64,000 nucleotides of DNA from Ginglymostoma cirratum. Lineage: Eukaryota. The stretch covers positions 40,929 to 104,928 of the forward strand of contig JAHRHZ010000027.1 of assembly GCA_024137785.1 (NCBI GenBank), read 5' to 3'. A program made the position numbers and the translations under genes. Shown one piece after another: positions 21,138 through 33,600 of this stretch. Numbering within the stretch: position 1 is the first letter of the stretch; every line of letters begins with the position of its first letter. Under the pieces are notes generated by a model, which saw only the letters and a list, made by a program, of their open reading frames with translations, made no database searches and was not told where the DNA came from.

Positions 21138-23692
21138 TTTACTGCTGGGAGTTTTTTATAGGCCTCCGCAAAGTTCCAGGGATGTGGAGGAGAGGATCGG
21201 CAAAACGATTCTGGGCAGGAGTGAAAGGAACAAGGTGGTCATTATGGGAGACTTTAACTTCCCCAACATTGACTGGAAATGCTATAACTCTAGTACGTCG
21301 GATGGGTCAGTTTTTGTCCAATGTGTGCAGGAGGGTTTCCTGACACAGTATGTCGAAGGGCCGACAAGAGGGGAGGCCTCACTGGATCTGGTACTTGGTA
21401 ATGAACCAGGCCAGGTGTTTGATTTAGTGGTAGGTGAGCACTTTGGAGAGAGTGACCATAATTCGGTTACGTTTAGTTTAGCAATGGAAAGGGATAGGAA
21501 CATGCCACTGGGCAAGAGTTATAGATGGGGGAAAGGCAATTATAATGCAATTAGGCAAGACTTAGGAGGGATAGAATGGGGTAGCAAAATGCAGGGGATG
21601 GGGACAATCGAAATGTGGAGCTGGTTTAAGGAACAGATATTACGTGTCCTTGATAGGTATGTCCCTGTCAGGGAGGGAGGAAGTGATAAGGTAAGGGAAC
21701 CTTGGTTTACAAAAGAAATTGTATCTCTTGTTAAGCGGAAGAGGGAGGCTTATGTGACATTGAGACGAGATGGTTCAGATGAGGCGATGGAGAGTTACAG
21801 ATTAGCGAGGAAAGATTTAAACAGAGAGTTAAGAAGAGCAAGGAGGGGACATGAGCAGTCATTAGCAGGTAGAATTAAGGACCACCCTAAAGCTTTCTAT
21901 AGGTATGTGGGGAATAAAAGGATGGCTGGGGTATGAATAGGGCCAGTCAAAGACAGAAGTGGGAAGTTGTGTGTGGACCCTGTGGAGATCGGAGAGGTGC
22001 TAAACAAATATTTCTCATCTGTTTTCATTCAGGAAAAGGAGAATATTGTAGAGGAGAAGACTGAGATACGGGCTATTAGACTTGAAAGGATTGAGGTTAG
22101 TAAGGAGGAGGTGTTATCAATCCTGGAAGGTGTGAAGGTAGATAAATCCCCTGGGCCGGATGGGATTTTTCCGAGGATTTTCTGGGAAGCTAGGGAGGAG
22201 ATGGCGGAGCCTTTGGCCTTGATCTTTGCGTCGTCATTGGCTACAGGTTTAGTACCAGAGGACTGGAGGATTGCAAATGTTGTGCCCTTGTTCAAGAAGG
22301 GCAGTAGAGATGACCCAGGTAATTATAGACCAGTGAGCCTTACATCTGTTGTAGGAAAAGTTTTGGAAAGGATTGTAAGAGATAGGATTTATAATCATCT
22401 ACCAAGCAACAATTTGATTGGAGATAGTCAACATGGATTCGTCAAGGGCAGGTCGTGTCTCACAAACCTCATTGAGTGTTTTGAGAAGGTGACCAAGCAT
22501 GTGGATGAGGGTAGGGCAGTTGACGTGGTGTACATGGACTTCAGTAAAGCCTTTGATAAGGTTCCACATGGTAGGCTATTGGAGAAAATGCGGAGGCATG
22601 GGATTGAGGGAGATTTAGCAGTTTGGATTAGAGACTGGCTTTCTGAAAGAAGCCAAAGAGTGGTGGTTGATGGAAAATATTCAGCCTGGAGTCCAGTTAC
22701 AAGTGGTGTGCCACAAGGATCTGTTTTGGGACCACTGCTGTTTGTCATTTTTTAAATGACTTGGACGCAGACATAGGTGGATGGGTTAGTAAGTCTGCAG
22801 ATGACACGAAAGTCGGTGGAGTGGTGGACAGTGTGGAAGAATGTTGCAGGTTGCAGGGAGACTTGGATAAACTGCAGAATTGGGCTGAAAGGTGGCAAAT
22901 GGAGTTCAATGCAGATAAATGTGAGGTGATGCACTTTGGGAAGAATAATAGGAAGGCAGAATACTGGGTCAATGGAAAGATTCTTGGTAGTGTGGATGTG
23001 CAGAGGGATCTTGGTGTCCAGGTACATAGATCCCTGAAAGTTGCCACCCAGGTTGATAGTGCTGTTAAGAAGGCATACGGTGTGTTAGGTTTCATTGGTA
23101 GAGGGATTGAGTTCCGGAGCCGTGATGTCATGCTGCAGCTGTACAAAACGCTAGTGCGGCCTCACTTGGAATATTGTGTACAGTTCTGGTCACACCATTA
23201 CAGGAAGGATGTGGAAGCATTGGAAAAGGTGCAGAGGAGATTTACCAGGATGTTGCCTGGTCTGGAGCGAAGGTCTTATGAGGAAAGACTGAGGGACTTG
23301 GGTCTGTTCTCATTGGAGAGAAGAAGGCTAAGAGGGGATTTAATAGAGACCTACAAAATGATCAGAGGATTAGATCGGGTGGACAGTGAGAGTCTTTTTC
23401 CTCGGATGATGACGTCGGCTAGTACGAGGGGGCATAGCTGCAAAGTGAGGGGTGATAGATTTAAGACAGATGTCAGAGGCAGGATCTTTACTCAGAGAGT
23501 GGTAAGGGCGTGGAATGTCCTGCCTGCCAATGTAGTTAACTCAGCCACATTAGGGGCATTTAAACAGTCCTTGGATAAGCATATGGATGATGATGGGATA
23601 GTGTAGGGGGACGGGCTTAGATTAGTTCACAGGGCGGCGCAACATCGAGGGCCGAAGGGCCTGTTCTGCGCTGTATTGTTCTATGTTCTATG
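21138..23692 (+). mobile_element. Young 5'-truncated CR1/HER1 LINE
   Basis: Near-continuous ORF2 (21184-21936, 21967-22755, 22761-23606: GDFNFP, ESDH, QHGF, GVPQGSVLGP, ADDTK), (TTCTATG)n tail, and TAAGATG direct repeats at 21131-21137 and 23693-23699. Confidence 0.95.
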
Positions 23693-24606
23693 TAAGATGA
23701 AGGAGTAAAATTAGGCCATTCAGCCCATCAAGTCTGCTCTGCCATTCAAAGAGATCATGGTTGATCTGATAATCTTCAATCCCACTTTCCTGCCCTTTTC
23801 CATAACTTTTGGTTCACCTACCCTCTATCTCAGCCTTGAATGTCATTAATGGCACATTCTCAACAATTCCCTTTGGCAACTAATTCTATAGATTCATAAT
23901 CATCTTCGAGATAAAAATTCAGCTCATCTCGGTCTGAAATGTATGATCCCTTGTTCTGAGATGATACCATCTGGTCCAAGACTCACCCACAACGTGAAAC
24001 ATCCATTCTGCATCTACCCCATCAAGTCCTCGAAGTAGCTTGTGTGTTTCAATCAGCTCACCTTGCATTCTACATTCCAATGGGTACAGGACCAGCCCGA
24101 CTCAAATAGTCCCTCCATACCTGGGATTAGGCTAGAGTTCAGCCTTCATTCCTCCGGAAGACATGGAAGTATTTAAGACCCTCTTCATAAAAGCATTGTA
24201 CAATGTTTTTGAAACAAGGTCATTGAGACTTTTGAGGCAGAACCAGAGCAGGCCATTCAGCCCCTCAAGGCTCCTTTGGCATTCACTTGGATCATACCAG
24301 ATGTTCTACCTGAATGCCATTTTTTCATCACTGCCCCATGTCCTGTGATACATTCGTTACTGAGAAAATTATTGATCTCTGTTTTGTGTAAACTCAAAAC
24401 TGGAGCCTTAGGAACTCTCTGGGATAAAGAGTTCCAACAAATCATTGCTCTGTGAGTGAAAATTCCTGCTTATCTCATTCCCAAATGGCCAACCCACTCT
24501 GCTCAAACTGTGTCTCCTGCTTCAGAAGCATCTCCATCCAGGAACATCTCATTGATGGAGAACTTAGAGCGCTCAGAATTGTTCTTGTAAAGGCCATGAT
24601 ACTCAC

Positions 24607-24697
24607 CTAATGTTTTCTCATACACACTGTGACAGAAACAGAACAAATCACCAGGAGAGCGAAGATCACCCAGCGTATCACATTCCAGACAGCGTAA
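24607..24697 (-). CDS. Gene B transmembrane exon with NxxR motif and stop
   Basis: ttttgctcag|T TAC GCT GTC TGG AAT GTG ATA CGC TGG... = (S)YAVWNVIRWVIFALLVICSVSVTVCMRKH*, followed directly by donor gtgagt. Confidence 0.82.
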
Positions 24698-27600
24698 CTG
24701 AGCAAAATGGAAGAAAGACAAAATCATTTGATGGAAACGAGTCTGCTTCACATTTCAAACATTTATCTGCTGTTTATACTTCAATCTTAGCAGATTGTAG
24801 AAAGGGAAAGTAGCACAGCTCAGGGAGTTCAGTGGGAAAACTGAACTACAGTTTAATTTTTGAATGACATGAGCAATAGATAAAGGTCAGATGAAACAAG
24901 CTTCAATAGCATGTCCTGTAACACTCAGCATGTTGTTACAATTGCGGATTATAGGTTTGAACGGTTGTACATTAGTGGGAGGCACTGCAGTCTGGTGCAA
25001 TACTACAATAATGAGATGTCTCCTCAGTGAGTGAGGAACTCAGAACAGCACCATCACACACTGCTCTTTGCACCTTCGACCAGGCAAGTCTTACTCCGGT
25101 GGAGCCAGAGACATGTTTATCCTCTCCATTTGGGAACAATGTTTAACCCAGGGGATCTGAGGAGGAGGCGCTGACGGAGAATGTAATGCCCCTGTCAGTG
25201 ATACTCCAGGTAGCCTTGGCTCAACAAAACCTGTCCTTTCATTGCTTTGAAAGCTGGAACACTATGAGCTGAGATGAATATTGAAGTATTGAATTTTAAT
25301 GCTGAAAACAGTACTTGAATCTGGGAGGTGGCAAACAGAAAATTGGCACTTTCTATTATGAATTTCCATTTACATAAATGGCAACATTGTAAGGAAGGTA
25401 GCAGAATAGTGTTGTATAAAATTAGCCACCATTTCCATTCTGATGACTCAGAGTGTGAATTTTGAAAATTATTGTAAACCTTTATGCTAAATGACTTGTT
25501 CTCGATTGGAATCAATGCTGATGGAAATGTCGACAATGAAAATGTTCTACCTTTTACTGATAGACTTGGATCCTGAAGATGACCGTGTTCTTGTTGGTGA
25601 TAATGTGGTTGATGCTGTTGAGGAGATGTCACAGGTATATTCCCTTCCTATTGAGACATTAGATAACATTCAGCTTCATCTGAACGTCACTTGCAGACAA
25701 CCAAGAGAACGACCTTCACAAATGGAACCGCAGAATGTGTTGTGAATAATGGATTTGTTTTTCTCTCACTCCCCCTGGTTAGAGAGATGTGGTAGTGACC
25801 TAGTTTGGATATAATTTGTGTTTTGTTTCTCTCCTGGACATTGATGCATCCGTATTCTTATTGAAGCATATGAAAGGCTGAGGTTGGTGGGACTGTATTC
25901 CTGAGATCCCCTTTCTCATCATTTTCAAACATGAAGGGAAGTTTTAGCCGCAGAGCTGGTCACTGCCACTGGGGGCAGTGTATTCACGGCGAATCCAGCA
26001 GCCACTGCTCCGTCCTGTGATATCCTGTCATTACTTGATGAGCTTTCAATGTAATTTGGCATTTTGCCTCTAGTGTGGTATTTATATGTGATGAGGCAGT
26101 CTTTACGTTAGCTCCTGTCCCATGAGGACAAGGCATGGGTATTGTAGAACTGACAAATCAACAGATATCTATAACAGCTTGTGTTCTGAGCTTGTTTTAC
26201 AGCCACAGGCACTTCATGGTCTGAGCTGAAACTGAAGTATTCAGTCACATACAGCAGAACACTTCCATCAGCATGTCATGCTTAATGCGACCCAAACTGA
26301 GATGGAGTCTGACACTATTATTCCCTCAAGTCACATGCTCTGATACAGTGATGACTTTGTCTGTTATCACCATAACACATACAAGCTGTGAAATGTAACA
26401 AAGCTGGAGTGCAACATTTATGCATTTTCTGGAGTTACGTTAATTTTTGTCCATTTTCAAAAACGAATCAATGCTTTGTTCATAATTGTTCAGAAGTCAA
26501 AGAGACGCAAAGTGATGAGGTGCAGTAAATCATGTGACTAAAGAAACTGAAGCAATGAACAGTTTGAATAGCCATGAAATAAATTTGTCAGCCTTAGTGC
26601 CTGNNNNNNNNNNNNNNNNNNNNNNNNNNNNNNNNNNNNNNNNNNNNNNNNNNNNNNNNNNNNNNNNNNNNNNNNNNNNNNNNNNNNNNNNNNNNNNNNN
26701 NNNNNNNNNNNNNNNNNNNNNNNNNNNNNNNNNNNNNNNNNNNNNNNNNNNNNNNNNNNNNNNNNNNNNNNNNNNNNNNNNNNNNNNNNNNNNNNNNNNN
26801 NNNNNNNNNNNNNNNNNNNNNNNNNNNNNNNNNNNNNNNNNNNNNNNNNNNNNNNNNNNNNNNNNNNNNNNNNNNNNNNNNNNNNNNNNNNNNNNNNNNN
26901 NNNNNNNNNNNNNNNNNNNNNNNNNNNNNNNNNNNNNNNNNNNNNNNNNNNNNNNNNNNNNNNNNNNNNNNNNNNNNNNNNNNNNNNNNNNNNNNNNNNN
27001 NNNATATAATTTGTGTTTTGTTTCTCTCCTGGACATTGATGCATCCGTATTCTTATTGAAGCATATGAAAGGCTGAGGTTGGTGGGACTGTATTCCTGAG
27101 ATCCCCTTTCTCATCATTTTCAAACATGAAGGGAAGTTTTAGCCGCAGAGCTGGTCACTGCCACTGGGGGAAGTGTATTCACGGCGAATCCAGCAGCCAC
27201 TGCTCCGTCCTGTGATATCCTGTCATTACTTGATGAGCTTTCAATGTGATTTGGCCTTTTGCTTCTAGTGTGGTATTTATATGTGATGAGGCAGTCTTTA
27301 CGTTAGCTCCTGTCCCATGAGGACAAGGCATGGGTATTGTAGAACTGACAAATCAACAGATATCTATAACAGCTTGTGTTCTGAGCTTGTTTTACAGCCA
27401 CAGGCACTTCATGGTCTGAGCTGAAACTGAAGTATTCAGTCACATACAGCAGAACACTTCCATCAGCATGTCATGCTTAATGCGACCCAAACTGAGATGG
27501 AGTCTGACACTATTATTCCCTCAAGTCACATGCTCTGATACAGTGATGACTTTGTCTGTTATCACCATAACACATACAAGCTGTGAAATGTAACAAAGCT

Positions 27601-30600
27601 GGAGTGCATCATTTATGCATTTTCTGGAGTTACGTTAATTTTTGTCCATTTTCAAAAACGTATCAATGCTTTGTTCATAATTGTTCAGAAGTCAAAGAGA
27701 CGCAAAGTGATGAGGCGCAGTAAATCATGAGACTAACGAAACTGAAGCAACGAACAGTTTGAATAGCCATGAAATAAATTTGTCAGCCTTAGTGCCTGTA
27801 TAAAACTTACTGAAGCTGCTGACCTGTATCATGTAATTCTCTCTGCTCCCCTGGTAACTGACACATCAACGATTTTAGTGGATTTTGTTCCCTGAGTATT
27901 TGAAGCTGTGCAGTAATATTGACGATGTTGATGTGTGAAGGATTGACAATGTAGATCCAGTTTATTGGTGTCAGAGATCTTTGAATCTTGAGATGGGGTC
28001 TTCCCAGACCATGTGTACTGAATGGGGCGGATCTCCGGGCAGACTCACAGGACATTGTCGCTGAGACCCCAGAACATGAGATAATTGGTTGTGATAAAAA
28101 TTGAAGTTCAGAAACAGAGATAGCTTCTTTGGGAAAGCAACAATTGTTGAGAAATCGATTGCAATCCATTCAGGGACAATATTGGGGTTCCTGATACTGA
28201 AGGCTCTTACCCTCTGAGGTGCGAGCTACCGATGTGAACATAGAGGGAGTGAGGGACAAATCCAGACATGCTCCATTTATTTTTAACAAACACCAGCAGA
28301 CAGACCATAACATAGCTTTTCCACAGAAGCTGCCTCCGTTCCTGGGCTTCAATTTCATCACAACCAAATGTTTCATGTTCTGCGGGCTCAGTGACAATCT
28401 CCTGTGTGTCTGCCCAGGGATGCCTCCCTAGTCACTACACATGGTCTGTATAGTGAAAGAGTTACCATGTCAGCCATTGTAACAGAGCAAATCAGCTTTC
28501 CCAATCAGAGCAGCAACAATGATACTGAGGACAATTCATCAAGAATATTATGGTTAACCCCATGGTTAATATTTTGACTTCATCACCGATAGTTAGTCTC
28601 CAATTAAATGGAAATTTTTGTGCCTTAAATCAGAATTTGTCAGAGGGAATTGGGCAATATGACAGCAGAAAATGAGGACAAAGAATTGCCCAACATCAGT
28701 TTGATGCTTTGAATGTTTAGGTGAGAATGTGAATGGATTTGGCTCCAGTTCTGTGCAGGTGAAATAGAATGCTTCAATCACAATCCGAGAAGGTGGGGAG
28801 GGTGTATCTGTACTGCCAGGAAAAATGAAAGGCCATGGAAGAGGAACTTGTGCCAATTGTAATGGTAATCCTTCATCAGAATTCTTTCACAGTGATGTCA
28901 GTTGGCTCCTGGGAAGAGATTAGAAATTGGTGTGGGATTGGAAAACAGCAGGAAAGTGAGTCAAGGAGACTTTGTTAGTTTGAGGCAGGCTTGGCCGAAC
29001 ATGGTAAGAGATTGTGGCAAAACACTGTCTTGAGACCTGGGATAAATCAGTTCAGTATCTCAAGGTTCAAAATCTGTGCCGGATCCACCAGCTCCCACCG
29101 AGCGTCAACACAATCCAGGATGGGGAAAGAGAGTGAAAATTCCCTTAAATGCATGTTGTCCATCAATAAAAAGCAGTTTTAATTTTCAGGGATTATTGGA
29201 GGTGTTGCAATGATTAGGCAGGCTATTGGTAGCATTTTATGCACCTGCTCATTTACCAAGTACATTGCAAACTGTTGGCGTTGTTCAGAACTGATGGTGA
29301 AATAAATGGAGTGCATTTTATCAATTGCAGTTTTCCAGAGCGAGTTAATAAACAACGAGTTTGAATGGACATTCATTTAAAAAGAAATCACATTGTTTGC
29401 TTCACACTTACCGATGCTGTTGGTTTGCACTGTGTAACTGCAGTTCGTCTCTGTTACATTGTTGACTGACACATGAACAATTTCACTGGATTTTGCTCCC
29501 TGAGTATTTGAGGCTGTGCAGTAATATTGATGATGTTGCTGTATGAAGGATTGACAATGTAGATCCAGTTTATTGGTGTCAGAGATCTTTGATTCTTGAG
29601 ATGGGGTCTTCTCAAACCATGTGTAGTGAATGGGGAGGGATCCCCGGGCAGACTCACAAGAGATTGTCACTGAGCCCCCAAAACATGAGACATTTTGTTG
29701 TGATGACAATCTAACTGCAGGAACAGAGACAGCTTCTGTGGGAAAGAAACAATTGTTCAGGAATTCATTGCCATCGAATAATCAAATATCCTCAAAAACT
29801 TTGTCACCTTACTTCCAGGATTAAACATTGATCAGATCTATCAGTGGAGAGTAATAAAAAAAAATCACTGAGATGCATACCTTCAGAAATGTTCAGATAT
29901 ACATTAAACATTAGGTCTAAGCCATATTTCTCAATCCCACAGCTGTACCATCCTGCATCTCCCCATTGAAGATTCTTCATTGTCACAAGAAATATTCCTT
30001 CTGCTTTGTTTTCAGTGATTGATATTCTCCCATTTGGCCAGTTTGTTGCTGCTGTAACATTACACTGACGATTCCATCCGTGACACCAATATTTCACATT
30101 TGACTGGTACCACTCTGCTTCGTAGTGGCAATGTATTGTAATCGCTCTTCCCAAAATTCCTGTTACATGATTCTCTACCCATAAAGCACCTGAAACTGAG
30201 GAGAAAATATCTCAGAAATTTGACTGGAAAGTTTAGCTGAATACAAACAGATGCATTTTAATCAGACACATTCTATTAAGTTTATGATGAGGGTAGTCAT
30301 GAATAAAAACCCTGATCAGAGCCTCAGGGTGTTAAAAATTCACAGGGAATGATCTATTCAGTTGGGATATTTTCTTACCCCACTGCTCGAGCTCTGGGGC
30401 AGTCTTGAAACTGTATTTGTGCTGTATGTTTTGGGCTCTAACTCCACTGTGTGTGGCATCATTGAAATGTTGCCCTCCTGGAGACGAGCCTGAGTGACAG
30501 GCCTGGATTGGAGTCGGATGGGGATTAGTGCGAAGGAGGCTATAGGCGCTGAAGGTGTTTGCTCCAAAAAGAGAAGGAAGGTTTCATCCAGGGAAGAGAG

Positions 30601-33600
30601 AGGATGTGTAGACACATGGTGGGCTCTGGGGCTGAATTTTCAGGTCTTGAAGGGCATATTCAAGAGCTGACCCAGCAGAATGATGAGAAGCCTCAAGTAG
30701 GAAAGGATGACAACTGAAGGTCAACAAGCGACAGTTCACAAAATTGGAGATAGATCGATGTGCATAACATTGACGCAGGATTATTTGTTATCACACATTG
30801 TTGTCAGTGTAAGTATAGTAAAATAACAGAAATAATTTACTGATTACTTCTGGAGAGATGCTTCAAGAGAAAATATTGAATTGTTGCTGCATTGTGCCAG
30901 GGTGGAAGAGGAGCAGCCTGTTGATGAGTGGGTAGACTTTACTTCAATAAATATGAGGCTTGGTGTCATTGGAAGATTAGCCCTTTGTGAGGGGAACAAT
31001 TCTCGACTAAAATAGCAGGAAGGAATTTAAGTGTAAGACGTGCAACATGAGCTGGTTATGCGGATTAGCCATGGTAAATGCCCGATAATGTGCAGGCTAG
31101 GTGGATTGGTCATGGTGAGTACAAGGTTATATGGATAGGGTGGTGGCTGGGTCTGGGTGGGATCTGGGTGGGTCTTCGCTGTGCCAATGCAGACCTGATG
31201 GGCCAAATGGCCCCTTTTCACACTGTAGGGATTCTATTAATCTAAAAATGTTGAGAATGGAAGTGCAGAAGCAAATTTGTGAAAATCTGGCATGAGAAGT
31301 CTTCACAGGGGAGAGAAATTTTTTTCCCTAGGGGAGGGTTTTTCAAGACTAAGGGCCATATTTTTAAGGTCAGAGGGAAAAAGACATGAGAGCCAAATTT
31401 TTTTACACAGAGAGTCGTTCGTGTGTGGAATGAACTCCAGAGGAAGTGATGGGTACGGCTCAGTTATGTTGTGGTGGTGGGTAGAGCATTTATGAATTAG
31501 AAGTCCAAATATTAGAATTTGTTTGTAAAAATAATAGGGGAAAGAGTGCATGGTCCCTTTAAAAAGGGGATGTGCTTTTCTCAACTTGGCTAGAAAGCAA
31601 AATGTCTGCAAGCAGCTGCAGATGCACAGATAGTTCTGAAACTGAAACATATGCAGCAATTGGCTGTGTCGTTGGCAAGCTGGGCTTGTTTTCATGTTAA
31701 GGCAACCAGCTTGAATATCAGCCAATCAATTTAAACCAGATACTTTGTGACTGAAAACCAATTGAATTTAAATCTGATTGGTGTTGACCAATCATTTTGT
31801 AAGAAATTAATAGGTCATCAGGGGCATAAAAGAAGAGGGCATTTGAAAATCGGTGTGAGAGCGAACTGCTGTTAGAAGAGTAAAACTCTGACTCTCACAG
31901 AAATATTTGAACTGTCTGATTAAACACCGTCTAAAAGGTACCACAGCACTCTTAGCTTATATTCCTCACACAAAGATTCAATGAAGGAAGAATTCCTGAC
32001 TGAAGAATAGTGGAAAAGTCACAGAACATTCCAGAAGATGCATCCTGACTGTAGTTTTGACAGTCTAAGTTTTAATTGATTTTTCTTTTATTTTGGTTTA
32101 TATAAGTGGAAGTGTAATTTATTGGAACAGCATAACATCAGAATTTTGTTTTATTCACAAATAGTTAGTAGCTGGGGGAAGGATTGTTCAGTTTGTTAGT
32201 TCTGTTAATTTGATTACTGTTAGAGTTAGATAAATCATTACTTGTTGCTTCTAAAGTGAGTATCAGGGAGTTCATTTCATTTAACCATCCCCTCTGAAAT
32301 AATTACAACATTTAAAAGACAGTTAGATAAGTGTGTAAATAGGAATGTTTGGAGAAATGTAGACCAGGTACAAGCAGGTTGAACTAGCTTAGTTTGGGAT
32401 TATGTTCAGCATGGACTGGTTGGACTGAAGGGTCTATTTCTGTGCTGTATGATGCTATAATCTTGTAACTGTAGATGCTGGAAAGGTGAAATGAAATCAG
32501 AAATTGGTGGAGAAACACAGCAGGTCAGGCAACATCTGTAGAGAGAAATCAGAGTTCACATTTTGGATCCAGTGACCCTTCTTCAGAAACTAAATGTAGC
32601 TAGGAAAATGTTGGTACATATATTTGAGGAAGGGTTGGGGTGTTGCTGAACAATACGTGGAGATGGAGCCCTGACAGAAGGCATTAAAACAGTCGGGCAG
32701 ACAAAAGAATGGGTAAAAATCAGCCTGGGCAAATCAATAACTGACAATAGGGATCATTGGTGGTTGACAATGGGTTATGTCGGTAGCAGCCCATATGATG
32801 ACAAGAACTGGAGTTTGGAGATTGAGGTAAGAACATGGGGGACGGTACTAAGTGCCAGAAACGATTGAACTCAATATTGAATCTTGAAGACTGCAGAATT
32901 CCCAAGCAGAAAATGAAGTGCTGTTCTTTCAGCTTGAACTTTGCTTCACTGGAGCACTGGAGCAAGTACGAGACAGAGATGTTGGTCAGGGAACATGGTT
33001 GTGTGTTGAAATGGCAGACAACAGGAAACTCAGGGTAATTTGTGCAGACAAAATGCACCTGTTCTGCAAAGCGGTCACCCAGTCTACGTTTCATCTCCCC
33101 AGTTGTGAGGAGATCACGTTCTGAGCAGCAAATACTGTGGACTGGGTTGAGTGAAGTGCAGGTAAAGCGCTGCCCCACCTGAAAGGAGTGTCTGGGGCCT
33201 TATATAGTGAGGGGGGGGTAGGAAGCAAACTGTTTGGTGTTATACCTTCTGTGATTGCATGGGAAGGTGTTGTGGGTTTGTGGGAATGTGTTGGGAGTGA
33301 AGGAGAAGTGGACCAGAGTTCTTAGAGGGAGTGGTCTCTTTGGAAGTGTGACAAGGGTAAGGAGGTGAATGAGTCTAATGGTGGCATCCTGCTAAAGGTA
33401 GCGTATATGGTGGCTAATGACCCTCTGGATGTGGATGCTGGTAGGATGGTAGGTGAGGATGAGGGGGCTCTATTGCTGTTGTGGGAGGGAAAAAAGGCGG
33501 TGAGGGCTGAAGTGTGGGAGATGGGACAGACACAGATGAGGGCCTGGTCAACCATGGGGGATCCACCCTGGGGAATCCTCAGTTAGTGTGAAGGTGGATA

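Noticed and set aside
26530-27123. Long ORFs containing X runs (also 57269-58289 and 62219-62800)
   Set aside because: Artefacts of translation through assembly gaps.
25809-27798. Apparent 795-bp tandem duplication in gene B
   Set aside because: Both copies end exactly at a 400-N gap and differ only by SNP-like changes; most likely uncollapsed haplotypes.
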